Assembly: GCA_963762445.1 (NCBI GenBank)
Contig: CAVXLA010000007.1
Coordinates: 735 to 64,734 of the forward strand
Direction: 5' to 3'
Origin: an uncultured Chloroflexia bacterium
GTDB taxonomy: Bacteria; Chloroflexota; Limnocylindria; Limnocylindrales; CSP1-4
Length of the DNA: 64,000 bases
The notes beneath the pieces were generated by a model that saw nothing but the letters and a program-made list of their open reading frames with translations, was not told where the DNA came from and ran no database searches. A program made the translations under genes and the position numbers. Below are positions 40,456 through 50,622 of this stretch, in pieces (position 1 is the stretch's first letter; the number at the start of each line of letters is the position of its first letter).

Positions 40456-41159
40456 GGCTGGACACCCCCGATCTGGATCGTGTCCAGCAGATGGTCGACG
40501 TCGTCCGACACGCCCTCGAGGCCACCGGCCGCCACGACCACGTTCACGACGACGCCCGAGCCCTCGGCGGTGCCGGCGATCATCGCCCCGTCGACCTGCG
40601 AGCCCGCCAGGATGCCGGCGTACTGGAAGCCCGCCGCCGGGATGCCGTCCCCGATCTCGAACGACTGGGGCTCGTTGGCCGTGAGCTGGCCGTCCTCGAA
40701 GAACGCGTCACGGTAGGCGACGACCAGGTCGACGGCCGACGTGGTCCACGGGGTGCCCAGCACGAGGATGAGCGCCCCGCCCTTCTGGAGGATCGCCTGG
40801 CCGGATTCGGAGCCGACGACGGTCCAGCCGTCGGGCGGGTAGACGACGACGCCGTACCCGACGTCGAGGCCCGTCCCGGGGACGACCGGGCCCGGCTCGA
40901 CCGGCGGAGCGGCGGGCTGGCTGGGATCCGTGCCCGGGCCGACCGGGACCTCGGGGCCGGGATCGACGGTGCCGAGGCTGGCGGGGAGGGGGACGGCGGC
41001 GTTGACCAGGTTGGCGCCGAACACCGTGGCGAGCATGATCGCCGCGACGATCACGGTGGTGCGCCACCCATGAGGGTCGAGGCGCGCCAAGGCGGGCGAT
41101 GTCGGCGGCGCCGGTGCCGCGGGCGTCTCAGCCGGCTCGCCGGCCGGCAGGTCGGTCAT
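40452..41159 (-). CDS. Membrane-anchored hypothetical protein
   Basis: One TM segment, Pro-rich linker, YPPDGWTVV; overlaps the PrsW start. Confidence 0.65.
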   Translation of the reverse strand: MTDLPAGEPAETPAAPAPPTSPALARLDPHGWRTTVIVAAIMLATVFGANLVNAAVPLPASLGTVDPGPEVPVGPGTDPSQPAAPPVEPGPVVPGTGLDVGYGVVVYPPDGWTVVGSESGQAILQKGGALILVLGTPWTTSAVDLVVAYRDAFFEDGQLTANEPQSFEIGDGIPAAGFQYAGILAGSQVDGAMIAGTAEGSGVVVNVVVAAGGLEGVSDDVDHLLDTIQIGGVQP

Positions 41160-41379
41160 TCCCCTCTCCCTCCGGACTGCACGAGGGTGCGCCCCGTGCG
41201 CCCTCCCAGTGGCGCCGGGCTCCCAGCGTACGCGGACCGCGCCACCCCGCGCACCCTTCGCGGGCCCTCGACGTTGGGACAGTCGGCCGGTCCGTCCGGG
41301 CCATCGGTCCCTGACGCGCCGTCGCCGGCGGCGCTACGCTGGCCCGACCGTTTGCCCTGCACTGGGGGTTCCCGGCCGC

Positions 41380-42420
41380 ATGAGCCTCGTCATCACCGAC
41401 CTCCAGAAGTCGTTCGGTGCCGTCCGAGCCCTCGACGGGATCAGCTTCACCGTCGAACCCGGCCAGGTCTTCGGCTTCCTCGGCGCCAACGGGGCGGGCA
41501 AGACGACGGCGATGCGGATCGTCCTCGACATCCTCCGCGCCGACGGCGGCAGCGTGACCTGGAAGGGTCGCCCGTCGACCGACTTGCCGCGGCGCACGTT
41601 CGGCTACCTGCCCGAGGAGCGCGGCCTCTACCCGCGGATGAAGGTGCTGGACCAGCTCGTCTTCTTCGCCGGCCTTTACGGGGTGCCCCGGAAGGCCGCC
41701 GAGAAGGAGGTCCGGGCCTGGCTCGCGCGCTTCCGCGTCCCCGAGTACGCCGACCGGCGCGCCGAGCAGCTCTCCAAGGGCAACCAGCAGAAGATCCAGT
41801 TCATCGCCGCGATCCTGCACGACCCCGAGGTCCTGATCATGGATGAGCCCTTCAGCGGGCTCGACCCGGTCAACGTGGCCCTCCTGAAGGCGGCGTTCCT
41901 CGAGATGCGCGACCGCGGGAAGACGCTCGTCTTCAGCACGCACCAGATGGACATGGTCGAGGAGCTCTGCGACGCGATCGCCATCATCGACGCGGGCCGG
42001 CTGGTGGCGTCCGGGCCGACCCGCGACGTCAAGCGCTCCACCGGCAAGCAGGTCGTGCGGCTCGCGACTGACGGCGACCCCGACCTGCCCTGGCTGGCGG
42101 ACATCCCGGGTGTCGCGATCGTGCGGCCCGGCCGCGACTACAGCGAGCTCGAGGTGCGCGGGGCGACCGACCCCGAGGCGATCCTGCAGGCCGCCCTCGC
42201 CCGCGGCGAGCGGGTGACCCGCTTCGAGATCGCCGACCCGTCGATTGAGCAGATCTTCATGGAGCGCGTGGGCCGGTCGGTCCGCGAGGAGGTCTCACTG
42301 GCCGGAGTGCACGACGCCCCGGGCGCCGCGCGCCGTGGCGGAGGTCGGGACGGGGGCGGGCCGGGCGGCATGCCCGAAGGCGGGCCGGGCGTCGCGCCCG
42401 AAGGCGGGGCCGGTCGATGA
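41380..42420 (+). CDS. ABC transporter ATP-binding protein (NatA/DUF4162-like)
   Basis: GANGAGKTT, LSKGNQQK, MDEPFSGLD. Confidence 0.92.
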   Translation: MSLVITDLQKSFGAVRALDGISFTVEPGQVFGFLGANGAGKTTAMRIVLDILRADGGSVTWKGRPSTDLPRRTFGYLPEERGLYPRMKVLDQLVFFAGLYGVPRKAAEKEVRAWLARFRVPEYADRRAEQLSKGNQQKIQFIAAILHDPEVLIMDEPFSGLDPVNVALLKAAFLEMRDRGKTLVFSTHQMDMVEELCDAIAIIDAGRLVASGPTRDVKRSTGKQVVRLATDGDPDLPWLADIPGVAIVRPGRDYSELEVRGATDPEAILQAALARGERVTRFEIADPSIEQIFMERVGRSVREEVSLAGVHDAPGAARRGGGRDGGGPGGMPEGGPGVAPEGGAGR

Positions 42421-43733
42421 GCCCCACCGTCCGCAACATCGTCGCCGTCGCCCGGCGCGAGTTCCTCGTCCGGGCCCAGACCCGCTCGTTCCTCTTCGGC
42501 ACCCTGTTCCTCGCGGTCGCCGGGGCAGCCCTCGCGCTGGCCCCCATCGGGATCCGCTGGTTCGAAGGCGAGGGGAAGACGAACGTCGCCGTCGTGAGCC
42601 GCGCCGAGCCTGCTCCCTCCTTTGACGCGGTCGTCCGGCTCAGCACCCTCCTGAACGCCAGCGCCGTCGACAGCGAGGGCAGCTTCGTCGTCTCGACGTC
42701 TCCCGACGAGGCTTCGGCGCGGGCCGCCGTCGAGGACGGCAAGCTATCGGTCGCCGTCCTCATCGACCGGGCCACGAGCGGTGACCTTGCCTTCACGGTG
42801 ATCACCAAGGATCCGCCCGGCCGCCGCTCGCCGGAGCTGATCCGCCAGATCGCGCTCTCGCTCGCGATCGGGGACCGCCTCGACCGGCTCGGCATCGCAC
42901 CGGGCGACCAGGCGACGCTGTTCACGCCGCCAAAAGTGACCGTCGAGCCGCCGAAGCCGGCTGCGCCCGGGGCGCCGACGACCGGCACGGAGCTGGCCGC
43001 GACCGGCCTCGTCGGCCAGGTGCTGATCGTCTTCCTGCTCCTCGCGGTCGTTCTCTATGGGCAGTGGGTGGCGATGAGCGTGGCAGAGGAGAAGAGCAGC
43101 CGCGTCATGGAGATCGTCATCAGCGCCGCGACGCCGCTCCAGCTCCTCGGCGGCAAGGTGATCGGCGTGGGCGGGCTTGGCCTGGTCCAGCTCCTCGCGG
43201 CGGTGATCCCTGCCGGCATCGCGATCATCCTCCAGGGCGCGATCGCCCAGGCGGTGCTCGGGGCCGAGCCGACGACGATCGAGCTGCCGCAGATCCTGAC
43301 GCCGGGCACCGTCGGCGCGTTCGTCGTCTTCTTCGTGCTCGGCTACCTGCTCTACTCGGCGCTCTACGCCGCGGCAGGGTCCCTCGTGTCCCGGATGGAG
43401 GACGTCAGCAACGTCGTGGCCCCCATGTCGATGTTCGGGGTCGTCGGCTACATGATCGCCGTCTACGTCTCGTCGGGCCTCCTGCCGGCGGACGCCGGCT
43501 GGGTCATCGGGCTCTCGTACGTCCCGTTCGTCAGCCCGTACCTGATGCTGGCGCGGGTCGTCGCCGGGCAGGCTGGGCTGCTCGAGGTGGTCGTCGCGGC
43601 GGCGATCCTCGTCGTCTCCATCGTGGTCATGCTCTGGCTGGCGGCCCGGGTTTACGCCGCCGGCGTCCTCATGTACGGACAGGCGCCCACCTTCCGGCGG
43701 CTGATCGTCACCGCGTTCGGACGCCGGGGGTAG
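42417..43733 (+). CDS. ABC-2 type permease
   Basis: VAEEKSSRVMEIV, GKVIG, TM pattern. Confidence 0.9.
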   Translation: MSPTVRNIVAVARREFLVRAQTRSFLFGTLFLAVAGAALALAPIGIRWFEGEGKTNVAVVSRAEPAPSFDAVVRLSTLLNASAVDSEGSFVVSTSPDEASARAAVEDGKLSVAVLIDRATSGDLAFTVITKDPPGRRSPELIRQIALSLAIGDRLDRLGIAPGDQATLFTPPKVTVEPPKPAAPGAPTTGTELAATGLVGQVLIVFLLLAVVLYGQWVAMSVAEEKSSRVMEIVISAATPLQLLGGKVIGVGGLGLVQLLAAVIPAGIAIILQGAIAQAVLGAEPTTIELPQILTPGTVGAFVVFFVLGYLLYSALYAAAGSLVSRMEDVSNVVAPMSMFGVVGYMIAVYVSSGLLPADAGWVIGLSYVPFVSPYLMLARVVAGQAGLLEVVVAAAILVVSIVVMLWLAARVYAAGVLMYGQAPTFRRLIVTAFGRRG

Positions 43734-43815
43734 GGGGCCGGAGACCGGCCGGCGCGGGCAGCCGGCGCCGCGACCGGTTCGGGCCGGCGCATGGCCCCCC
43801 GGCGCACGCCCCCGT

Positions 43816-44292
43816 TCAGTAGCGGCGCGCCCGCAGCTCCACGGTGAAGTCGACGTAGCCGCGCAGCCAGGCGAGCGCTTCCCCCCAGCCCTCGTTGGCT
43901 TCGGCGTAGGCATCGAGGACCCCGGGCACGCGGACGTCGAAGGGGCCGTCGGTGAGCGTCATGAGCGTCCCGTAGCCGGCCGGCTCCAGCGCGATCGCGA
44001 CGGTTGTCTCCCAGGCGTTGTCCGGGAGCCAGGGCCAGCGGAACTCGAACCGCCGATCGCTCTGCAGCAGCGTGACGTCCCACGAGACGCGCTGGTTGGG
44101 GAAGACGAGGATGCTCCGGGTTCCGAGGGCGAGCGAACCCTCGATCCGCTCGGGGAACCAGCGGACGATCTCCTCGGGGTCCGTCCAGCAACGGTAGAGG
44201 CGGGCCGGCGGGGCCCCGAAGCGGCGGACCATCCGGATGGTCCGCGGCGTGGCGAGCGGGTCGATCGGGGTGCGGGTGTCGTCGGTGCTCAC
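43816..44292 (-). CDS. SRPBCC domain protein
   Basis: APPARLYRCWTDP...EGWGEAL. Confidence 0.8.
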   Translation of the reverse strand: MSTDDTRTPIDPLATPRTIRMVRRFGAPPARLYRCWTDPEEIVRWFPERIEGSLALGTRSILVFPNQRVSWDVTLLQSDRRFEFRWPWLPDNAWETTVAIALEPAGYGTLMTLTDGPFDVRVPGVLDAYAEANEGWGEALAWLRGYVDFTVELRARRY

Positions 44293-44403
44293 GTGCGGGC
44301 CTCCAGGCGGGCCGCGGCGTGCGATCCAGCGGCGCCAGCCTCAAGCCTACTCTGCGTGCCGGCAACCGGCCGGACGCGGCGGGGTTCCGGGCCACCCGGT
44401 CCC

Positions 44404-45861
44404 TCAGCCCTCCGTCGGCGCCTCCGCGGGCAGCGTCAGCGTGAGGGCGGCGCCCGTGCGCGCGCCCGGGCCCGCGCCCGTGGTCTCGCCGGGGCCCGCG
44501 CCCGACCCAGCGCTCTCATCCATGCCCGCCGCCGCGTCCTCCAGCGCAAGCTCCCCCCCGTTCGCCCGCGCGAGCGCCCGCCCCACGTACAGGCCCAGGC
44601 CGGTCCCCTCGCGGTCCTCCGAGCGGCCGCCGCGCGCGTAGCGGGCGAACAGGCGCTCCCGGTCGGGGCCGGCAACCCCCGGGCCGCCGTCGGCGACGGT
44701 CATCGCGATCCGCCCGCCCTCCCGGTCCACCGCCACGCGGACGTGCACCGGCGTGCCGGCCCCGTGCTTCACGGCGTTGTCGAGGAGCGCCCAGATCACC
44801 TGGTCGACCAGGTCAGGATCCGCCAGCGCCAGCCAGCCGTCGGCCCCGTCGACGAGCTCGAACGGCACCGACCCGGCGCCCAGCGCCTCCCACGCCCGCC
44901 GGACGCGCGGCGCCAGGGCGAAGACCTCGACGACCGGGCGGATGACGCCGGCGTCGAGGCGGCTCACCGTCACCAGCTGGCGAACCATGTGCGAGAGGCG
45001 CTCGCTCTGCTCGGCGATGATCGCCGGCCGCCGGTCCGGCGTCCCCGCCACCACCAGCTCGCTCGCGAGCTGGTCGGCGTAGGCGCGGATGCGGGCGAGG
45101 GGCGTCTGGAGGTTGTGGGACATGCCCCGCAGGAAGTCGTCTTTCTCGGCGTCGAGGGCAACGAGTCGCGCGTTCTGCTGCTCCACCCGCGCCAGCAGCC
45201 CGGCGTCGCGGAGGGCCACCGCGACGCTCGCGGCGAAGAGCTCCAGGAGGTCCTGGTCGGCCGGCTCCCAGCGCGTGGTGGCGGCCGCATGTCCGGCCAG
45301 GACTCCCCCGACCTCCGGCCCGGCCCGCAGGTCGGCGCGGACGGGCTGAGGCTCGCCGGGGATGCGGTCCTCGAGGGCGATGTCGTCGGGGTCGCCGATA
45401 TCGATCCGGGCGTCGATGAGGCCAAGGGCTTCGCGGGCATCGGCCGCGGCGCGGTCCAGGAGGGCGGCGGCGCCGTCGGCGGGGGCCCAGGCGGTGATCG
45501 CGTCCACGGCCCGGGCCACCTGGCGGTTGCGCCGGGCCAGGTCCGCGGCGAGCTCCTCCTGGCGCTCCGCGAGCCGGCCGAGCTCGTCGTCGGGGAACGC
45601 GGGAAGCGGATCCACGCGCTCGCCGGCGGTGATCCGGTCGAGCCGCGCCTCGAGCTTCCCCAGGGGTCCGACGATGCCGCCGACGAGCATGCTCCCCACG
45701 ACGAGCCCGACGAGGGCGGCGACGACGAGGGCGATCAGGACGAGGACGACGGCGCCCGGGCTCCCGCTGGCGATGAGCAGGATGCCGAAGGCGCCCACCG
45801 GCAGGACGGCGGCGGCCAGCGCTGCGATCGTGATCCGGACGCGGAGCCCGCTCCCGCTCAC
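44404..45861 (-). CDS. HAMP sensor histidine kinase
   Basis: MSHNLQTPL H-box, LLDNAVKH, DGGPG, GTGLGL. Confidence 0.9.
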   Translation of the reverse strand: MSGSGLRVRITIAALAAAVLPVGAFGILLIASGSPGAVVLVLIALVVAALVGLVVGSMLVGGIVGPLGKLEARLDRITAGERVDPLPAFPDDELGRLAERQEELAADLARRNRQVARAVDAITAWAPADGAAALLDRAAADAREALGLIDARIDIGDPDDIALEDRIPGEPQPVRADLRAGPEVGGVLAGHAAATTRWEPADQDLLELFAASVAVALRDAGLLARVEQQNARLVALDAEKDDFLRGMSHNLQTPLARIRAYADQLASELVVAGTPDRRPAIIAEQSERLSHMVRQLVTVSRLDAGVIRPVVEVFALAPRVRRAWEALGAGSVPFELVDGADGWLALADPDLVDQVIWALLDNAVKHGAGTPVHVRVAVDREGGRIAMTVADGGPGVAGPDRERLFARYARGGRSEDREGTGLGLYVGRALARANGGELALEDAAAGMDESAGSGAGPGETTGAGPGARTGAALTLTLPAEAPTEG

Positions 45862-46580
45862 GCCGGCTCGACCTCCAGGCGGTAGCCGGCGCCGCGCACC
45901 GTCACGAGGTGGCGGGGCCGGTTCGGGTCGACCTCCAGCTTCGTCCGCAGGCGGCGCATCGAGACCCAGACGTAGGACGGGTCGGCGTCCTCGGTGTCGG
46001 CCCAGCCGCGGAGGAGGAGCGTCTCCGTGGAGACGGTCTGGCCCAGGTTGGCGGCGAGGGCGTAGAGAAGCCGCGATTCGATGGGCGTGAGGGCCACCGG
46101 CACCCCGTTCACGATCGCCGAGCGGCGGTGGAGCTCGAGCGCCAGCGCCGGTCCCAGCACCACGCGCTGGCCGGGCAGCCGGTCGCCGAGGCGGCGCAGG
46201 ACGCGGTTCACGCGCGCCCGCAGCTCCGGGTAGTGGTACGGCTTCGTGACGTAGTCCTCGGCCACCTCGTCGAGAAGCTCGGCCTTGGAGTCCGCGGCGT
46301 CGATCGCCGAGAGGACGATGATCGGGAGGTCGGCCCGGGCCTTGATCTCGCGGGCCAGGGCGAGCCCGTCGAGGCGGGGCATCATCATGTCGACGATGGC
46401 GAGGTCGGGCCAGCCCGATTCGAGCCGGCGCAGCGCCTCGGCGCCGTCGCGGGCGGTCGCCACGTCGTAGCCGTCGTCGCGCAGCTGCTCGGCCAGGACG
46501 ACGAGGAGGTTCACGTCGTCGTCGACGAGGAGAAGCCGGGCCGGCCGTTCCTGCCCCGCCGGCCCGCCGCCGATCATCAT
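45858..46580 (-). CDS. OmpR-family response regulator
   Basis: LLVDDD, DMMMP, KPY, TVRGAGYR. Confidence 0.92.
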   Translation of the reverse strand: MMIGGGPAGQERPARLLLVDDDVNLLVVLAEQLRDDGYDVATARDGAEALRRLESGWPDLAIVDMMMPRLDGLALAREIKARADLPIIVLSAIDAADSKAELLDEVAEDYVTKPYHYPELRARVNRVLRRLGDRLPGQRVVLGPALALELHRRSAIVNGVPVALTPIESRLLYALAANLGQTVSTETLLLRGWADTEDADPSYVWVSMRRLRTKLEVDPNRPRHLVTVRGAGYRLEVEPA

Positions 46581-46669
46581 GGGGCGAGCATACGCCGCGC
46601 GGGGTCGCCGATTGGCCGCCGCCCTGCCCGGGGCACCCGTCTGGGGCGCCCCACGTGCTGCGCGAATGC

Positions 46670-47530
46670 CTACGGGGCCCGCGGGTCGAGGTACCGGCAG
46701 CGGGGGGCGAGCGGGCAGCGATCGCAGGCGGGCCGGCGGGCGTCGCACGTCCTCCGGCCGTGCTGGATGAGCAGGACGTGCGCGGCATGGACGTCTTCCG
46801 GCGCGAGCAGGTGCCAGTAGACCTCGTGCTGCTCGTCCGGCCCCGCCTTCGGCGGGACGAGGCCGATCCGGCGGCTCACCCGCTCCACGTGCGTGTCCAC
46901 CGGCATGAGCGGCTGCCCGAAGCAGAAGAGGAGGACGATCGAGGCCGTCTTCCTGCCGATCCCGGGGACCTGGGTCAGCCAGTCGCGGGCGGCGCGCGGG
47001 TCCATCCCGGCCAGGAAGCCGAGGTCGTGGCTGCCGGTCGCCGCGCGGATGTGGCCGAGCGCGGCCTGGATGCGGGGCGCCTTCTGGGCGGCGAGGCCCC
47101 CCGGCCGGATCACCTCCATCAGCTCGTCGAGCGGGGCGTGCTCCACGGCGTCCCAGTCCGGCGCGGCGCCGGCCTCGAGCCCGCGGCCGCCCCAGCCCTC
47201 GGGCGGCGCCTCGGTCCCGTCGGGTGCCGTCACCCGGTGGACGGTGACCGGTCCGTCGCTCGGGTACGCCGCGCGGAGTGCCTCGAAGGCGCGCTCGGAG
47301 TTCACGTCGGCCGTGTTCTGGGAGAGGATCGTCAGGACGAGCTCCGAGACCGGGTCCAGGCGGGTGTCCCGGCGGGGGGTGCCGTAGAGCGCGGCCAGCT
47401 CGGCCAGCACGAACGGGACGAGGCCCGGGCGGCGCCGCTCGAGGGCGCGGGCCCAGGTTCGCGCCGGGTCCGGCGGCTTGCGGCGGCGCGCGCGCGTCGC
47501 CATCCCAGATGCAGCGGCCCGCGGGCTCAT
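46670..47530 (-). CDS. nth: Endonuclease III family HhH-GPD glycosylase
   Basis: ILSQNT, VPGIGRKTA, VDTHV, C-x6-C-x2-C-x5-C. Confidence 0.85.
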   Translation of the reverse strand: MSPRAAASGMATRARRRKPPDPARTWARALERRRPGLVPFVLAELAALYGTPRRDTRLDPVSELVLTILSQNTADVNSERAFEALRAAYPSDGPVTVHRVTAPDGTEAPPEGWGGRGLEAGAAPDWDAVEHAPLDELMEVIRPGGLAAQKAPRIQAALGHIRAATGSHDLGFLAGMDPRAARDWLTQVPGIGRKTASIVLLFCFGQPLMPVDTHVERVSRRIGLVPPKAGPDEQHEVYWHLLAPEDVHAAHVLLIQHGRRTCDARRPACDRCPLAPRCRYLDPRAP

Positions 47531-47540
47531 GCGCGCCCCC

Positions 47541-48680
47541 TCACCACCCCATCCCCAGCCCAACGAGTCGGGCCAGGCGCTCGCCGCAGCGCTCCACCGG
47601 CGCCGGGCCCGCGGCCATCGCCTCCTCGACCGGTTGCGGGCGCTCGGCGACGGGGATGGCCACGGCCCCCACCGCCGCCAGCGCCGCGATCCCGGCCGGC
47701 TCGACGCCGCCGCCGACCGCCACGCACGGGACGCCTGCCGCGGCCGCCCGGCGGGCGACGCCAAGGGCGGTCTTGCCGAAGGCGGTCTGGGCGTCGATGC
47801 GGCCCTCCCCGGTGAGGACGAGGTCGGCGCCGGCGAGCTTGCCGTCGAACCCGGTCGCGTCCATGACGAGGTCCACCCCGGGGACGATCGCGAACGAGCG
47901 GAAGCGGTCGCGCAGGCAGGCCAGCCCGAAGACGGTTCCCCCGGCCGCCCCCGCCCCCGGCGTCTCGCGCTCGCGGTGCCCGGTGGCCGCCTCCATGGCG
48001 TCCGCCCAGCGGGCCAGGGCGTCGTCCAGGTTCCGGACGTCGACCGGGCTGGCGCCCTTCTGGGGCCCGTAGACGGCGGCCGCACCCGAGGGTCCCAGCA
48101 GCGGGTTGGCCACGTCGGAGGCGATCCGGAGATCCACCTCGGCCAGGCGCGGGTCGAGGTCGTCGAGGTGGACGACGAGCTCCGGCTCGACGGTCATCCC
48201 CAGCCCGAGCGCCGCCAGGATCCCCAGGCCCCCGTCGGTCGTCGCGCTGCCGCCGACACCCAGGTCGATCCGCCGGACCCCCGCGTCGAGGACCGCCAGG
48301 AGCACCTCGCCCGTGCCGAAGGTGGACGCCGCGACCGGGTCGCGTTCGGCGGCGGCGAGGCGCGACAGGCCGGACGCCGCGGCGAGCTCGACGACGGCCG
48401 CGCTCCCCTCGCTGGACCGCAGCCAGCGCGCCTCGATCGCGCGCCCGAGCGGGTCGTGCGCGGCGGCGGTTCGCCACTCCCAGCTGCCGGCCGCCTCGAT
48501 CGCCACCAGCGTCCCCTCGCCGCCGTCGGCGAGCGGGGCCAGGCGGAGGTCATCGCCGGGTCGGGCGCGGAGCCAGCCGGCGGCGAGCGCCAGGGCGACC
48601 TGCACCGACGTCAGCGATCCCTTGAACGAGTCCGGCGCGACGACGACGGCGAGGGGTCGGCCGGGTCGTCGCTCGCTCAT
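47541..48680 (-). CDS. Glycerate kinase (GlxK/GarK family)
   Basis: APDSFKGSL, ADGGEGT, GGSATTDGG, TGEGRID. Confidence 0.92.
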   Translation of the reverse strand: MSERRPGRPLAVVVAPDSFKGSLTSVQVALALAAGWLRARPGDDLRLAPLADGGEGTLVAIEAAGSWEWRTAAAHDPLGRAIEARWLRSSEGSAAVVELAAASGLSRLAAAERDPVAASTFGTGEVLLAVLDAGVRRIDLGVGGSATTDGGLGILAALGLGMTVEPELVVHLDDLDPRLAEVDLRIASDVANPLLGPSGAAAVYGPQKGASPVDVRNLDDALARWADAMEAATGHRERETPGAGAAGGTVFGLACLRDRFRSFAIVPGVDLVMDATGFDGKLAGADLVLTGEGRIDAQTAFGKTALGVARRAAAAGVPCVAVGGGVEPAGIAALAAVGAVAIPVAERPQPVEEAMAAGPAPVERCGERLARLVGLGMGW

Positions 48681-48690
48681 CGCCGCTCGT

Positions 48691-50622
48691 TCACCCGGCG
48701 GCTCCGCCCGGGCGGCCGCTGCTCGCCCGGCGTTCCAGGTACTCGGGGATCCGGATCATCGGGGGCCGCTCGCGGTCGGCCAGCTCGATGATCTCGAGGC
48801 CCAGGTGGTCGTCGCCGAAGCGCGGCAGCTTCATCGTCGAGCCCAGCTCGGCGAAGAGGCGGGCCCGGCGGCGCTCCTCCAGCCGCTTCATGACGGCCTG
48901 GAGGATCACGAAGCTCATCCGCGAGAGGCCTTCGAGCTCCTGGTTGCGGTGCACGCGCCGCTCCAGGTCCACCTGGCCGAGCCCGGTGAGCCCGACGCGC
49001 TCGCCGATGTCGACCAGGTGGCCGATCTCGACGGCATAGCCGGTGAAGAAGGGGATCGTCTCGAGGAGGCTTCGGCGCCCGGCGTACTCGCCGGCGAGCG
49101 GCTGGATGAAGCCGGACAGGTCCGGGAAGAAGAGGTTGATGAGGGGCCGGGCAACGAGCTCGGTGACGCGCCCGCCGCCGCCCTCCTTGAGCACGCCGTC
49201 CTCAACGATCGGGCGCTGGTAGTAGCCCTTGACGTACTGGATCCGCGGCTCCGCCAGCAGCGGGCCGAGCGTGCCGTAGGCCATCCGCGGGTGCCAGTTC
49301 CGGACGTCGGTGTCGCACCAGGCGATGAGGTCGCCGCTCGTCTCGAAGAGGCTCTTCCAGAGGGCCTCGCCCTTGCCGCGATACGAGCCGTACCGGGGCA
49401 GCACGTCGGGGTGCTGGACGACGCGTGCGCCTTCGCCCTCGGCGATCTCGCGCGTCCGATCGGTCGACGCGGAGTCGATGACGAGGAGCTCGTCTACCAG
49501 CGGCACGCCGTCGACGAGGACGCGCCGAGCGCGGGCCACGATCTCGCCGATCGTTGCCTCCTCGTTCAGCGTCGGTAAGACGAGGCTGACCGTAAGACCC
49601 TGCTGCTCCTTCAGGTCGACGAGGCGGCGCAGGTTGCGGTACTCGCCGTGGTGGAAGTTGGACTCGGCGAACCAGCGCTCCACGCGCACCGGCACGGCCC
49701 GCGACTCCTCCGCGGCGCGATCGGCGGCCGCCAGCGACTCGGCCCGCCCGGCCAGCTCCTCGAACGTGGCCCGCCCGATCCGCTCCCGCGTCTTGACCAC
49801 GATCACCGGGGGCGTCGCCCGGGCGGCGATCGCCTCGGGCAGGGCGCCGAACAGGAAGGCGTCGGCGGCCGTCCCCTCCGGTGCCGCAGAGGCGCCCATG
49901 ATCACCACGTCGGCCCGCTCCGCCTCGCGGAGGATCGCGTTGCGGACGTTGGGGGCCTCACGGAGGAGCCCGTCGGCGTGGCCGCGGGCGTGCTGCCTGA
50001 GGAACGTGGCGAGGGCCTGCTCGGCCTGGGCCCGGACGGCGCTCGTCACGCCCGGCGGGATCACGTGGAGGACGACGATCCGGGCCTCGTGGCGCCGGGC
50101 CAGGGCGTCGGCGAACTCCAGGGCGAGCTCGGCGTGCGGGCCGCCGCGCACCGGGACGAGGATCCGCCGGACCTCGCCGAACGGGCGCTGCTTGACGACG
50201 GCGATGTCGCACGGCGGCTCGCGGACGACGGCGTCGATCGTCGGCGAGAAGACGGAACCGGTGGCGGCACCCCGACCGCCGGGTGGTCCGCCCCACCCGA
50301 AGATGAGCAGGTCGGCGTCCACCTCGGTGGCCGTCTCGACGATCCCCTCGGCCGCCCGGCGCCCGATCCGGACGAGCGGCCGGATCCGGGTCCCCTGCGG
50401 CGCGTAGTCGAGGACCTTCTGGAGCAGGCGCCGCGCCTGCCTCGCCCGGGTCGCGCCCTCCGAGAGGGCGACGTCCTCGGGGACCTCCACGATCCCCAGC
50501 ACAGTGAGCTCGCCGGTCCGCGGGTCCATGATCTCCGCGCCGATCCGCACCAGGTCCTCGGCGGTCGCGGGGTTGGCGACGGGGATCAGGATCCGGGCCG
50601 GGAGCGGCGACCGCTGGCTCAC
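48691..50622 (-). CDS. gpgS: Glucosyl-3-phosphoglycerate synthase with two N-terminal USP domains
   Basis: RILIPVANP and RILVPVRGGPH USP repeats; LPTLNEE, GKGEALW, GGRVTELVARP, QPLAGEYA. Confidence 0.85.
   Translation of the reverse strand: MSQRSPLPARILIPVANPATAEDLVRIGAEIMDPRTGELTVLGIVEVPEDVALSEGATRARQARRLLQKVLDYAPQGTRIRPLVRIGRRAAEGIVETATEVDADLLIFGWGGPPGGRGAATGSVFSPTIDAVVREPPCDIAVVKQRPFGEVRRILVPVRGGPHAELALEFADALARRHEARIVVLHVIPPGVTSAVRAQAEQALATFLRQHARGHADGLLREAPNVRNAILREAERADVVIMGASAAPEGTAADAFLFGALPEAIAARATPPVIVVKTRERIGRATFEELAGRAESLAAADRAAEESRAVPVRVERWFAESNFHHGEYRNLRRLVDLKEQQGLTVSLVLPTLNEEATIGEIVARARRVLVDGVPLVDELLVIDSASTDRTREIAEGEGARVVQHPDVLPRYGSYRGKGEALWKSLFETSGDLIAWCDTDVRNWHPRMAYGTLGPLLAEPRIQYVKGYYQRPIVEDGVLKEGGGGRVTELVARPLINLFFPDLSGFIQPLAGEYAGRRSLLETIPFFTGYAVEIGHLVDIGERVGLTGLGQVDLERRVHRNQELEGLSRMSFVILQAVMKRLEERRRARLFAELGSTMKLPRFGDDHLGLEIIELADRERPPMIRIPEYLERRASSGRPGGAAG

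Noticed and set aside
37348-40716. Very long antisense and alternative-frame ORFs (also 26801-29452, 17801-19708, 60611-62776)
   Set aside because: Shadow ORFs of high-GC coding genes: Arg/Pro/Gly-rich with no motifs
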